64,000 nt of DNA from Flavobacteriales bacterium (GTDB lineage: Bacteria; Bacteroidota; Bacteroidia; JANQJC01), in contig JANQJC010000100.1 of NCBI GenBank assembly GCA_028281825.1, positions 9,854 through 73,853 of the forward strand, given 5' to 3'. Within the stretch, counting starts at the first letter, position 1. Every line of letters starts with the position of its first letter. A program made the position numbers and the translations under genes. The notes beneath the pieces are model-generated. The model was given only the letters and a program-made list of their open reading frames with translations, did not search any database and was not told where the DNA came from. This document shows positions 38,920 through 49,804 of this stretch, one piece after another.

Positions 38920-39926
38920 TGGCTAAAACAGGGGTTCTTCTTATAAATCTTGGTACGCCTGATAGCCCCAAAGTGCGGGATGTAAGGCGATATCTTACCC
39001 AGTTCCTGAATGATCCTAGGGTGATTGATATCCCATGGCTTTGGAGAAAGCTATTGGTTAACTTTATCATTGTACCCTTTCGTGCGCCTAAGTCAGCTAA
39101 GATATACCACAACTTATGGACAGAAAATGGTTCGCCTTTATTGTATTACGGTGAGCAAGTCAAGGATAAGCTTCAAACTCATTTAGGGGCTGATTACCAT
39201 GTAGAGTTAGCTATGCGCTATCAAAATCCATCTATTCCATCAATCTTGGACAAGATGCGCAAAATGAACTTCGAGAAGTTGATTATTATTCCGCTTTATC
39301 CGCAATATGCATCGTCATCCACTGGCTCTACCATGGAAGAAGTAATGCACGTGATAAAAAGCTGGTGGGTGGTGCCAGAAATAAGTATAGTTAGCCAGTT
39401 TTATGACCACCCAGGTTTTATCAATGCCTTTACAGAGATTGGAAAGAAATATCCGCATGAGAATTATGACCACGTAATTTTCAGTTTTCATGGCCTGCCT
39501 GAAAGGCAAGTGGATAAGGTCTATGAGAGCGGCTTTTGCACTGATAGGGATTGTAAGCATGAAATAACCCAAGAGAACCAGTTTTGCTACAAAGCAACTA
39601 GCTATGCAACAGCCCGCATGTTGGCTGAGAAACTAAATATCCCTCAAGAGAAATATACCGTTAGCTTCCAAAGTAGGTTAGATGATAAATGGATAAAACC
39701 CTACTCAGATAAAGTAGTGGAGAAGATGGCGAAAGAAGGGGCTAAAAAACTACTTATCTTCTCACCCGCATTTGTAGCTGATTGCCTTGAAACGATTATT
39801 GAGATAGGTGATGAATATGATGAAATATTCAAAGAGCATGGCGGCGAAAGTGTTCAGTTGGTTGAGAGCTTGAATGACCACCCACTTTGGATTGATACGC
39901 TGGCTAATATTGCCAAAACAAGATAG
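38919..39926 (+). CDS. hemH: Ferrochelatase
   Basis: N-terminus KTGVLLINLGTPDSP...YLTQFLNDPRVIDIP is typical of ferrochelatase; 335 aa. Confidence 0.9.
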   Translation: MAKTGVLLINLGTPDSPKVRDVRRYLTQFLNDPRVIDIPWLWRKLLVNFIIVPFRAPKSAKIYHNLWTENGSPLLYYGEQVKDKLQTHLGADYHVELAMRYQNPSIPSILDKMRKMNFEKLIIIPLYPQYASSSTGSTMEEVMHVIKSWWVVPEISIVSQFYDHPGFINAFTEIGKKYPHENYDHVIFSFHGLPERQVDKVYESGFCTDRDCKHEITQENQFCYKATSYATARMLAEKLNIPQEKYTVSFQSRLDDKWIKPYSDKVVEKMAKEGAKKLLIFSPAFVADCLETIIEIGDEYDEIFKEHGGESVQLVESLNDHPLWIDTLANIAKTR

Positions 39927-39930
39927 AAAC

Positions 39931-39962
39931 AAAAAAGGCCCACCATTTAGTGAGCCTTTTTT
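39931..39962. terminator. Bidirectional rho-independent terminator between convergent hemH and the CTD-protein gene
   Basis: A6 run, then a 7 bp stem GGCCCAC/GTGAGCC (one mismatch) with a 6 nt loop, then a T6 run. It can terminate transcription on either strand. Confidence 0.5.
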
Positions 39963-39980
39963 GTTTCTATCTTGAGCTAA

Positions 39981-41585
39981 TTAATTAAGCATCACGCGCT
40001 TGCTAATAGCCTTTTGTTCGTTTCTCAAAGTAAGCATGTAGATACCACGGGCATAGTTGGCTACATTCAACTTCACCTGGTTAGTGCCAGCATAAGTTCT
40101 GCCGCTTTCCTCAATCATCAACCTACCTTGTATATCATAAAGTGTAGCAGTATAAAGATCCCCGTCACCAGCAGTAAAGGCAATGTTCATGTTACCAGTA
40201 CCATCGTCATAAGCTGATATCAGGCCAAATTCATTGTCATTATCAGAGCAACTCACGGCAACCAGGTCTGAGTAGTCAAAGTTACCATCAAAGTCAGTTT
40301 GCTTAATGCGGTAGTATGAAGTACCAGAATACGGATACTTGTCTTCCACTTCGTAGCTGTTCAATTGGCTGGTGGTTCCAGCACCGTCAATTACAGCCAC
40401 TTCTTCAAAGAAGGTACCATCCTGGCTTCTCTCTACTGTAAAGTAATCGTTATTGGTTTCTGAAGCTGTTGTCCAGTTAATTTTTACGGAACCATCATTA
40501 CAATTAGCTGTAAACTTAATTAACTCGATAGGCAACGGGTCACTATTATCAACCAACGTCCACACATCATAATAGTCAAGCTCATTGTTTAAGATAACAG
40601 TAAGCTTGTTTGTTGAAGCATTAGTCAAATCACTATACAACCAATCCAACCAAAGGTCATCAATATCATTGTAGCGTTGCGCTACTAATTGAGACTCGGT
40701 TATTTGGTTAGTTCCCTGGTTCCAATCATCATCGTCATAAGTAAAAGTGTATTCAATTAATGGCCATGTCGTCGTGTAACCATTAGACTGCATATTATTA
40801 TCAATTACCCAGTAGCGGTCAAGTACCCAATCCATGTTATCCTGACCAAAGTCATCTGTCATGTGTTGAACACCAGTTGGCCATGGTAAGTTAGTGGTAT
40901 GGTCCGTAGTTGGGTAAGTAGAAAACTGAACACGACCCATTGAACCACCCGAACCAACATTTTGGATGTCATATTCAAGTTCAAGATTTGTTGGAGTTCC
41001 TTCATTAGTTCCAAAAGGTATAACATAAGTGCCCGGATTGTTGCCAATGTTCCAATCAACAATACCATAACCAGCACCCGGGCCAGTTTCACTGATGATA
41101 TAACCACTCGTTTCTGATATGGCAGTAGTAGCACTGCTTTCTACAAATAGTGTGTTACTATTCAAGTCAAGTTCAGTGCTTGTAATATCAATTTGATTGT
41201 CTACAACCGCATTTACACCATCTAATCTTTTTCTGGCATTTGTAAGGTTCAAATTATAGAAGTTGGTAGGTTGGGAACCCTCAATATCTTGAGCAGACGC
41301 ACCATTTAAGTGAACTGTACCTGAAGCAGATGAGAAAACACCACCAGCGTCGTTGTTTTCCCAATCACCATTTACATAGATATCTCCGCTGTTATCAATC
41401 GTGCCACCACTCTCATTTACAAACTTAACAGTAGAACCGCCTGAGCCTATTACAAGATGGGTGCCTGAATTAACAACAATTTTTGCGTTGTCGTTTATGA
41501 ATTCGCCTTGGGCAAAGGCCGTGGAAACAGCAAAACTTAGCCCTAGTGCTAAAACGAAGTACTTTGAAGTATATAATTTATTCAT
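39981..41585 (-). CDS. T9SS-secreted protein of unknown function with type A C-terminal sorting domain
   Basis: Signal peptide MNKLYTSKYFVLALGLSFAVSTAFAQ. The Por_Secre_tail-like C-terminus reads TATLYDIQGRLMIEE...NYARGIYMLTL. Confidence 0.7.
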   Translation of the reverse strand: MNKLYTSKYFVLALGLSFAVSTAFAQGEFINDNAKIVVNSGTHLVIGSGGSTVKFVNESGGTIDNSGDIYVNGDWENNDAGGVFSSASGTVHLNGASAQDIEGSQPTNFYNLNLTNARKRLDGVNAVVDNQIDITSTELDLNSNTLFVESSATTAISETSGYIISETGPGAGYGIVDWNIGNNPGTYVIPFGTNEGTPTNLELEYDIQNVGSGGSMGRVQFSTYPTTDHTTNLPWPTGVQHMTDDFGQDNMDWVLDRYWVIDNNMQSNGYTTTWPLIEYTFTYDDDDWNQGTNQITESQLVAQRYNDIDDLWLDWLYSDLTNASTNKLTVILNNELDYYDVWTLVDNSDPLPIELIKFTANCNDGSVKINWTTASETNNDYFTVERSQDGTFFEEVAVIDGAGTTSQLNSYEVEDKYPYSGTSYYRIKQTDFDGNFDYSDLVAVSCSDNDNEFGLISAYDDGTGNMNIAFTAGDGDLYTATLYDIQGRLMIEESGRTYAGTNQVKLNVANYARGIYMLTLRNEQKAISKRVMLN

Positions 41586-41870
41586 CTCTTGATGATTTAT
41601 GCAAATTTAACTTTTTGTTGGACTAAAACCCATTTTCCCTAGTTAATTTCATGTAAACTTACGATAAATGAGCCTAACTAAGGAGCCAATATTCTTTATT
41701 ATTTAAGTTTCTGTTGTCTTATTCTTCAGCTAACCAGTTAAAAATCCACTTTCTCAAAAACATTTTTTCTGAACGAAAGATACCTAAAAAAGTTCTTCCC
41801 ATTTGATGTTAATCGACCAACGACAGTCTTCAATTGATTATTAACTTCGCACTCTTCTACTTGAGTTAGT

Positions 41871-43163
41871 GTGAGAAAGTTTAAGAAAATCGACGAACGA
41901 CCATCCCCACAGTTTTGGGATAATTTGATTCTATGGTTAGATAGTAATGAAACATTTGTGTTTCAAAATGCGAATAGTTTCGATTTGAATGGTTACAAGC
42001 CTCGTTTTCAATATGTTGCAGCTGTCGGTAGCCTAAGGCAAACTGAATCTCGGTCAGCTAATGGCTTTGAAGAATTGAAGGAGCTACTTAAAACTAAAGA
42101 TTGGACTTTTGGTTTTTTTACCTACGACCTTAAAAATCAGGTGGAGAATCTGAGCTCCTCCAATGATGATGAAATACAGATGCCTGAAATATACTTCTTT
42201 CAACCCAAATGGCTCTTTTTGATGGACGATAATGGCCTACAAATAGGTTATGATGATGAAAAAAGCACGAAGCAGGAGATAACCCAACTGATAACTGAGA
42301 TAGAAAATTTCAAAGCCCCAAGTCCTAAGGCTAATACTTTTGAGATTAAGAGTAAGGTAAGTAAAGAGAAGTACCTCGATAACATCAGTAAAATCAAGCA
42401 GCACATACAGTATGGGGATGTTTACGAGCTGAATTATTGTATTGAGCATTATGCGGAGAACACACTAATTAGCCCACCCACTGTTTATCAAAAGCTAAAC
42501 GAGGCCAATCCGGCACCATTTTCTTGCCTTTGCAAGGTGGATGGCAAATATCTTATATCAGCCAGCCCTGAGCGGTTTATGAGAAAAGAGGGTAATACAG
42601 TTATCAGTCAACCTATGAAGGGCACTACCAAACGCGGGCAGAATCCCAATGATGACGAAATGTTGAAGAGCCAGTTATACAGGAATCCAAAAGAGCGGGC
42701 AGAAAATGTAATGATTGTAGATTTGGTGAGGAATGATCTTTCGCACTCGGCTCAAAAAGGCAGTGTTGAGGTAGAGGAACTTTTTGGGGTATATACCTTT
42801 CCACATGTACACCAAATGATTTCTACAGTCAAAGCGCAGTTAAAGGAAGATATTCATGTGGTGGACTTGATAAAGCAAGCCTTTCCTATGGGCTCAATGA
42901 CGGGTGCCCCCAAAATAAGGGCTATGGAACTAATAGAAGAATTTGAAGTGACTAAAAGAGGGCTTTTTTCTGGCTCGGTGGGCTATTTCACACCTGACTG
43001 CGATTTTGATTTCAACGTTATCATTCGCAGCATACTATATAATTCTCATAATAAGTATGTATCTTTCAAGACAGGAGGGGCTATAACTATCAACTCAGAT
43101 CCCGAGAGAGAATATGAAGAATGCCTCCTAAAAGCAAAGGCAATGAAGCAGGCTTTATCATGA
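41871..43163 (+). CDS. pabB: Chorismate-binding enzyme, probably aminodeoxychorismate synthase component I
   Basis: C-terminal chorismate-binding motifs DLVRNDLS, PMGSMTGAPKIRAMELIEEFE and GLFSGSVGYF are present. No adjacent trp genes. Confidence 0.7.
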   Translation: MRKFKKIDERPSPQFWDNLILWLDSNETFVFQNANSFDLNGYKPRFQYVAAVGSLRQTESRSANGFEELKELLKTKDWTFGFFTYDLKNQVENLSSSNDDEIQMPEIYFFQPKWLFLMDDNGLQIGYDDEKSTKQEITQLITEIENFKAPSPKANTFEIKSKVSKEKYLDNISKIKQHIQYGDVYELNYCIEHYAENTLISPPTVYQKLNEANPAPFSCLCKVDGKYLISASPERFMRKEGNTVISQPMKGTTKRGQNPNDDEMLKSQLYRNPKERAENVMIVDLVRNDLSHSAQKGSVEVEELFGVYTFPHVHQMISTVKAQLKEDIHVVDLIKQAFPMGSMTGAPKIRAMELIEEFEVTKRGLFSGSVGYFTPDCDFDFNVIIRSILYNSHNKYVSFKTGGAITINSDPEREYEECLLKAKAMKQALS

Positions 43164-44494
43164 TAAAGAAATTCAAAGAGTTCATCAAGAACCATAAGCT
43201 TTTCAAGAAGAAAGAAAAGATACTGCTCACGGTCAGTGGTGGTGTGGATTCAGTGGTGATGTGCCATTTGTTTCGGGAGGCGGGGTATAGTTTTGGTATT
43301 GCTCATTGCAACTTTCAGTTAAGGGGTGAAGAGTCAGATGAAGACGAGAATTTTGTAAAGAAGTTGGCGAAAAAGTTTGAAGTGCCCTTTCATGCCATCA
43401 GGTTTGATACGGCAGCCCACAGCAAAAAACATAAAATCACAATTCAAGAAGCGGCTCGGGACCTAAGGTATGAATGGTTTGAGGAGATAAGGGAAAGCAA
43501 CGGTTATAACTGGATTGCAACCGCTCACCATAAAGATGATTCGATAGAAACATTTGTCTATAACCTTATCAGGGGGACTGGCATTGCTGGTTTACATGGC
43601 ATTATCGAGAAAAAAGGAAAGGTAGTTCGCCCGCTTTTGTTTGCATCAAAGCAGGAGGTAGTAGATTATGCTGAAACCCACAAGTTGAAATTCAGGGAGG
43701 ATAGTAGTAACAAGTCCAACAAATACTCACGAAACAAGATTAGGAACAAGGTAATGCCCTTGCTGCGTGAAGTAAACCAGGCGGCAGACCATCATGTTGC
43801 AATGGAAATTGAAAGGCTTCGCGAGGTAGAAGGCATCTACCAAAGTTGGATGGCCTTTCAGAAAGAGTGGTGCGTGATAAAAAAAGGGAAAGAGACTCAT
43901 ATTGCCATTGAAATACTGCTAGCTTCTGGTTATCCTGAGCCACTTTTGTTTGAGATACTCAAACCCTATGGCTTTCATGGAGAAATAGTCAAGGATATCG
44001 TATTCAATCTCAAGCGCGAAGCTGGCAAAAGGTTTTTTTCTAACAGCCATGAGGTACTCAAGGACAGGGAATATCTTGTATTGAGAAAGAGGACAACTGC
44101 AAAAAACAAAGATTCATACACCATTGATGAGGGTTTAACAGGGCTGAAAGAACCTATTGTGTTGGAATTTGAAAGCACTTCCAATTCAAGAGATTTTAAA
44201 ATCCCACCTGGTAAGAAAATAGCCTGTATAGATGCTGATAAGTTGACATTTCCCTTGACCTTGAGAAAGTGGAAACGAGGAGATTATTTCTTTCCATTGG
44301 GCATGAAAGGCAAGAAAAAACTGAGCGATTTTTTTGTAGATAATAAGCTATCCCTTTTTGATAAAGAAAACACTTGGATTTTAACCTCAGGTAATAAAAT
44401 AGTTTGGATAGTAGGTTACCGCGTTGATAATCGATTTAAAGTTGGAAAAGACACAAAAAAGATTTACCTTTTTACTTTCAAACAACCAACTTAA
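43121..44494 (+). CDS. tilS: tRNA(Ile)-lysidine synthetase TilS. The likely start is at 43160, overlapping the pabB stop
   Basis: PP-loop SGGVDSVV is present. ~445 aa. Confidence 0.85.
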   Translation: MPPKSKGNEAGFIMIKKFKEFIKNHKLFKKKEKILLTVSGGVDSVVMCHLFREAGYSFGIAHCNFQLRGEESDEDENFVKKLAKKFEVPFHAIRFDTAAHSKKHKITIQEAARDLRYEWFEEIRESNGYNWIATAHHKDDSIETFVYNLIRGTGIAGLHGIIEKKGKVVRPLLFASKQEVVDYAETHKLKFREDSSNKSNKYSRNKIRNKVMPLLREVNQAADHHVAMEIERLREVEGIYQSWMAFQKEWCVIKKGKETHIAIEILLASGYPEPLLFEILKPYGFHGEIVKDIVFNLKREAGKRFFSNSHEVLKDREYLVLRKRTTAKNKDSYTIDEGLTGLKEPIVLEFESTSNSRDFKIPPGKKIACIDADKLTFPLTLRKWKRGDYFFPLGMKGKKKLSDFFVDNKLSLFDKENTWILTSGNKIVWIVGYRVDNRFKVGKDTKKIYLFTFKQPT

Positions 44495-44505
44495 AGTTCT
44501 GTTCT

Positions 44506-44799
44506 ATGGAAAACGTTCAATTCCAACCGATTGAGATTCCGAAAGAAATCATCAATCATCTCAGGTTCCCAACAGGTGACGTGCTCAACAGTGAGGAAGA
44601 TAAAGAGGTAAGAAGGCGTAATTTAATGCGCGCGTTGGCCTTGGGCAATCTTGAACACCACAAAATTACTACCTATTTTGAAGACGGTGAAGGCCTTAAG
44701 TACGTAAATACCACTTATTGGGGCGTTACAGATGACAACGTAATCCTTAAATATGGAATGATAATTCCTATCTGTAGGATTCGCCGAATTGTTATTTAA
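44506..44799 (+). CDS. Hypothetical small protein (97 aa)
   Basis: The ORF is tightly packed after tilS and no motif was recognised. Confidence 0.4.
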   Translation: MENVQFQPIEIPKEIINHLRFPTGDVLNSEEDKEVRRRNLMRALALGNLEHHKITTYFEDGEGLKYVNTTYWGVTDDNVILKYGMIIPICRIRRIVI

Positions 44800-44913
44800 T
44801 CCAAAGCCTTTTTTCTTCACCAGCATATTCGACTGAAGGCAGCTTTTTATTAACTCAGCATTACCTTTCATGCAAGTGATGGCGATTTCTGTTACTGCAA
44901 GGGCTTTGTATTT

Positions 44914-47900
44914 GTGATAATAGGTATCTTTGCTCAACAACAAAGATATTTCACTATGAAATTTAAAGTAATTGCCGTTACTCTTTTATCAATTATATCT
45001 ATTGCTGCACTGGGTCAGGCGCCCGTTGCTTATAGTCCTTCAGGGCCATATCCTTGGGGAACACAAACAACATTCTCTTGGAGTTCGGTACCGGGGGCTA
45101 GTTCATATTATGTAGAAATTTCTAGATACAACACATTTGATTGGGGCGCCACTTGGGGTATATCCAATATTTCAGGGACTACAGTGACTTGGAATAACCT
45201 TGCCAATCCTAATAATGGAGAAACGTTTTATTGGCGCGTTAGGGTGAGTAATTCCAGCACATGGTCTAATGTGCGGAGCTACACTTATACCGATCAGCAG
45301 ATTAACTACTACATCAATATTAACCAACCATCTTCCCCCATATCCATATGTGCTGGTGGATCAGTATTTGTAAGCGGATCATCTAACTATTCTGGAGGAT
45401 ACAGTTGGACATTGCCAGGAGCCACGCCATCTAGTTTAAACAGCAGTTCAGGTACAGTAGTATACAATACACCAGGAACTTACAATATCACTTTTAGAAA
45501 AGGCTCTCATACAGAAACCGAGTATAATTATATCACTGTGCTTGCTCCGCCAGACGGTAATATTATTGAAGCTCCTAATAATGGACGTTTTTGTCAAGGC
45601 GGTCAAATCACACTTACAGAAGCACACATCCATGAAAATGGAGATACTTATCAATGGCTTTTGGATGGAAACAATATACAAGGTGCAACTGATACGACAC
45701 TTACAGTCACATCACCGGGTAATTATTCGCTTGAGATAACAAATAATTCATGTGCTTCTATCTCAAACGTTATACCCGTGCAATACTTCAATGCCGACTT
45801 ACTGCAATCACCCACAACCTATCATTGCGATGGTCACACCGTTCCACTTACTAGTAGCACGGGAGTGCCTGGTTGTTCTTATGTTTGGTACAAGGATGGA
45901 AATGTAGTTCCTGGCGCTTCAGATTCTATATTAACCGTGATGGCCCCTGGCGATTACTATGTGGTGGCAGATATGCCTGGCGGGGGATGCCCCACTACTT
46001 CGCAAACAATTACTGTTCAAACTAATACTACTTACCCTACTGCTGATATATTACAGGGGACTTCAACTAACCTGTGTATTGGCGATACGGCAGAACTGAA
46101 TGCTTATGAAGGGGTTAACTATACATATCAATGGCTTTTTAATGATGTTGTTATATCAGGAGCCGATAGCACATCTATAATGGCAAGTCAATCAGGTGAA
46201 TATACACTACAGACTAATTACAATAATTGTATCTCATATGATACTCTTGAGATAATACCTATTGATAACCCAATCGTTACTATAGAGCCTACCCCTGGAT
46301 GTAATGGCCTTAATCAATATGTGCGGGCAGTTTCTCCCAACGCTACTCAGTTTAATTGGCACAACGGTATGCAAGGGGATTCTATTTTCTTAATAAACCC
46401 TGGTTTTGTGAAAGTAATTGCAATCGACAATAATGGATGTGATACAGAGGCAGAATATTTCCCCGACCCTTGCTATTGTTTGGGCGGAACATATAGAGTG
46501 GGTCCAACTGGTGAGATACCAGACATTCAAAAGCTAAATGGAATTTTAGATACAGCCTGCACTATGACAGGCCCGGCCACCTTCTTGTTTGAAACGGGAA
46601 CGTATGCTGGTAGAATCACACAATCGGCTGATAGTATTCTTGGAAACACGGCTGCAAGACCAATTACTTTTGAGTCAGAAAGTGGTATAGCATCTGACGT
46701 GGTAATTGAGTATGACTCCACTACAAATAGAGGAGGTTTAGGGTTTAAATCAAAGTATATGAACCTGAAGAATATGACCTTTACCTTTTTCGAAGACAGA
46801 AATGGACATGTAGTAAGCATAGGTAATTTTGATGGTGACCCAAATGATGCGGCTTATGTAGTAGACAACGTTCATGTGATTGGCGATAGCGTGAGAGGGA
46901 TGGAGTTTGACAAAGGAAAAGTCACATTAACCAATAGTTCCATTGAATGTCACGACTACGAGGGTGTTTTCCTTGATGATTGCATTGATGTTAAGCTAAT
47001 CAATAATGAGATAAAATTCATTGAGGATGATGGTATTAGACTTTACGATTGTATTAATGTTCATTTAAAGGGCAATAAAGTAAAATACAGTCAAAATGTA
47101 GGAAGGCTAAAACATGCAATAAATCTTTTCCGTTGCGGTGGAGAAATAATAATTGAGAAAAACCTAATACAAACAACTAATTCGAGTGGTATATGTGTAA
47201 CATCTCCCTTGCCAGGAGCAAACAATACATTAGAAGTATCCAATAACATGGTATGTATGTACACATCTGGCTTGGCGCAGTTTAGCAGTACTTCTATTAC
47301 TTCAGGTATTAGTTTACTTAATCTTGACTTGCCAACCAAAGTTTATCACAATTCTGTTTCAAACAGGCAATTGGGTGCGCCAGACCACGCAAGGTCGGTG
47401 GCTTTTAGAATTCGGTTTGAAGACCCATATAATAATAGTGGTTTTGATATGGTTGGCAACAGCTCTTATGGGCTAAGTACAAATCTTTATATGACCCAGC
47501 ATGACCCATCTTACAATATCAATATGGATTATAACAACTGGTATCAGACTAATAATAATCACTACCAATTTGCAATTAATAACACAGCATATGGTAGCAT
47601 AAACGTTCTAAGGAATAATACAGATTACGAAGATCATGGGGTGAGTAGGGATCCAGAATATGTATCTATGACATTTACTAATTTGGTGGATTGCGACCTC
47701 CATACTGGAAATAATCTTTTAAGAAATATCGGTGACCCATCCATTGGTGTGTTTGATGATTATGATGGACATGCGCGCTACCAACCAGATTTAGGTGCTG
47801 ATGAATTGACTGTGGCCGATTTGGAAATGACAGACTTATCTGGGGTGAGCCCATCTAGTTGTCAAGGGGTATATGATTTTTCAAATGACAGTATCTTTAC

Positions 47901-48915
47901 TGTAACTATGGTGAATAATGGTTATGGGCCTTTTCCTGGCGGTTTTCCTTTAGTAGTATCTTGCACGGTCAATAATGTAGTTCAAGTAAGTGATACCGTT
48001 GTGCTTTCAGCAGACTGGCCTCAGGGACAAACAATGAGTCATACCTTTAGCCAGGCAATTCATTTATTGCCAAATGGGCCAAATGATATTACGGTAAGCA
48101 TAGGGCATCATGATGATGTGCCAGGAAACGATGCAATCAACCAGTTAGCAGGTAACTATGCACCACCAGTAGCCGATTTTAATGTGTCCAGCCAATGTCA
48201 GGATGCTGTGGTTTTTGAGAACATATCTACAACACCAGCAGGCACCTTGACTTATAATTGGGATTTTGGTGATGGTAACACATCATCCGAGCTAGATCCA
48301 ACACATTCATACACAAGTACAGGCAATCAAACCGTAACATTAATGGCTATTTCTAATACTGGTTGTCAGGATACAACTGAGCAAGTAATAGATGTATATC
48401 CTGCACCAAATGTTAGTCTTTCGCCCTTGAGTGTGGTATGTATCTATCACCAGCCTTTTAGTTTATCTAATGGTAGTCCTTCGGGCGGTACTTACTCAGG
48501 CAATGGAGTTAATAATGGCTACTTTAACCCTGATGCGGCCGGATTGGGTAATCATATCATCACCTACTCTTACACCAATTCCGATGGCTGTTCAGATCAA
48601 TCGTCAACCGTTTTGCAAGTGAGTGAATGTGTGGGAGTGGAAGAGTATGAACTTGGTAATCTTCAAGTTTATCCTAACCCAACTCATGGCTTTGTGAATA
48701 TTGAATTGCCACAAGGCGTGATGTCTGGTATTATATCCAATGGAAATATTAAAGTGAATGATATCCGCGGGAAATTGGTTTACAACAGTAACTTGCAATG
48801 GAACAATAATCCCAGGCTTACCCTTGATTTAAATGGTATTAGTCCAGGGGTATACTTCCTGGAGTTGACGGTTGGCGAAAAGTCAGGTATTACTAAGTTG
48901 GTTATCAGCGAATAA
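44914..48915 (+). CDS. Large T9SS-secreted protein with Ig-like and PKD domains, right-handed beta-helix repeats and a type A sorting domain. The likely start is at 44956
   Basis: Signal peptide MKFKVIAVTLLSIISIAALGQ. A central region has parallel beta-helix-like repeats (NNEIKFIEDDGIRLYDCINVHLKGNKV...). PKD motif YNWDFGDGNTSSELDPTHSYTSTGNQTVTL. The C-terminal Por_Secre_tail reads VYPNPTHGFVNIEL...GVYFLEL. Confidence 0.7.
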   Translation: MIIGIFAQQQRYFTMKFKVIAVTLLSIISIAALGQAPVAYSPSGPYPWGTQTTFSWSSVPGASSYYVEISRYNTFDWGATWGISNISGTTVTWNNLANPNNGETFYWRVRVSNSSTWSNVRSYTYTDQQINYYININQPSSPISICAGGSVFVSGSSNYSGGYSWTLPGATPSSLNSSSGTVVYNTPGTYNITFRKGSHTETEYNYITVLAPPDGNIIEAPNNGRFCQGGQITLTEAHIHENGDTYQWLLDGNNIQGATDTTLTVTSPGNYSLEITNNSCASISNVIPVQYFNADLLQSPTTYHCDGHTVPLTSSTGVPGCSYVWYKDGNVVPGASDSILTVMAPGDYYVVADMPGGGCPTTSQTITVQTNTTYPTADILQGTSTNLCIGDTAELNAYEGVNYTYQWLFNDVVISGADSTSIMASQSGEYTLQTNYNNCISYDTLEIIPIDNPIVTIEPTPGCNGLNQYVRAVSPNATQFNWHNGMQGDSIFLINPGFVKVIAIDNNGCDTEAEYFPDPCYCLGGTYRVGPTGEIPDIQKLNGILDTACTMTGPATFLFETGTYAGRITQSADSILGNTAARPITFESESGIASDVVIEYDSTTNRGGLGFKSKYMNLKNMTFTFFEDRNGHVVSIGNFDGDPNDAAYVVDNVHVIGDSVRGMEFDKGKVTLTNSSIECHDYEGVFLDDCIDVKLINNEIKFIEDDGIRLYDCINVHLKGNKVKYSQNVGRLKHAINLFRCGGEIIIEKNLIQTTNSSGICVTSPLPGANNTLEVSNNMVCMYTSGLAQFSSTSITSGISLLNLDLPTKVYHNSVSNRQLGAPDHARSVAFRIRFEDPYNNSGFDMVGNSSYGLSTNLYMTQHDPSYNINMDYNNWYQTNNNHYQFAINNTAYGSINVLRNNTDYEDHGVSRDPEYVSMTFTNLVDCDLHTGNNLLRNIGDPSIGVFDDYDGHARYQPDLGADELTVADLEMTDLSGVSPSSCQGVYDFSNDSIFTVTMVNNGYGPFPGGFPLVVSCTVNNVVQVSDTVVLSADWPQGQTMSHTFSQAIHLLPNGPNDITVSIGHHDDVPGNDAINQLAGNYAPPVADFNVSSQCQDAVVFENISTTPAGTLTYNWDFGDGNTSSELDPTHSYTSTGNQTVTLMAISNTGCQDTTEQVIDVYPAPNVSLSPLSVVCIYHQPFSLSNGSPSGGTYSGNGVNNGYFNPDAAGLGNHIITYSYTNSDGCSDQSSTVLQVSECVGVEEYELGNLQVYPNPTHGFVNIELPQGVMSGIISNGNIKVNDIRGKLVYNSNLQWNNNPRLTLDLNGISPGVYFLELTVGEKSGITKLVISE

Positions 48916-48971
48916 TTTCCTTGTGGGTTTAATTCTTATTTTAGCCAGCACTATCGTTTAAACGTCAGGCA

Positions 48972-49718
48972 TTGGCTTCAGGAATATTAGAAGGCAGTAG
49001 CCCAAAAAGCTACGCTCCCAAATTTGATTCAAGGCAAGTTAAGTTTGCCAACAGGCTTTATCTACTTTTAGCGGGCTTGTTTGTCACTGCATTAGTTACC
49101 TGTAACCTTATCGCCAACAAATTTATTACAGTTGACTTAGGTTTTAAAGAGTTTACCATTTCGGCAGGTGTATTGCCTTATCCCATCACATTTTTAATCA
49201 CGGATATCCTATCGGAGATATACGGCAAGAAGAAAACCAATATGGTAGTGTATGTGGGTTTTTTCGCCTCGATTTTCGTGCTGTTTATCTTATGGTTGGG
49301 TAGTCAATTCAATGCCATACCTGATTCCCCGGTAAGCGATGAATACTATGATGTAGTCTTCCAAAACTCTTGGAGGGTAATCTTGGCATCAATGGCAGCC
49401 TACCTTACAGCTCAATTAGTGGATATAAGGCTTTTTCATTTTTGGAAAAACTTGACCAATGGAGAGAAACTCTGGCTAAGGAATAATGCTTCTACAGTGG
49501 TCTCACAGTTGGTAGATACCACACTGGTGGTTTTAGTGTTGTTTGTCGGAACGCTACCTTTTGGAACCATGAGAGGCTTTATCTTAGATGGATGGATTTT
49601 TAAAATGCTGTGCGCATTTGTGGACACTATATTCATATATGCAATAGTGGGATGGATAAGAGGTAAGCTCGATTTGAAAATGGGTGAGGAGATAGTATAT
49701 GATGATGGGGTTATATGA
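48972..49718 (+). CDS. yhhQ: YhhQ/DUF165 family queuosine-precursor transporter
   Basis: Six TM helices. LRNNASTVVSQLVDTTLVVL corresponds to E. coli YhhQ LAPTASTLFGNVSDTLAFF. Confidence 0.7.
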   Translation: MASGILEGSSPKSYAPKFDSRQVKFANRLYLLLAGLFVTALVTCNLIANKFITVDLGFKEFTISAGVLPYPITFLITDILSEIYGKKKTNMVVYVGFFASIFVLFILWLGSQFNAIPDSPVSDEYYDVVFQNSWRVILASMAAYLTAQLVDIRLFHFWKNLTNGEKLWLRNNASTVVSQLVDTTLVVLVLFVGTLPFGTMRGFILDGWIFKMLCAFVDTIFIYAIVGWIRGKLDLKMGEEIVYDDGVI

Positions 49719-49804
49719 CCATTTTTGGCGCGGAATTTGTGGCAAATAACCAGCCTTACAGTAAGGATTAGTATTTTTGTATTTCTTATAGCCAAAGCAT
49801 TGAT

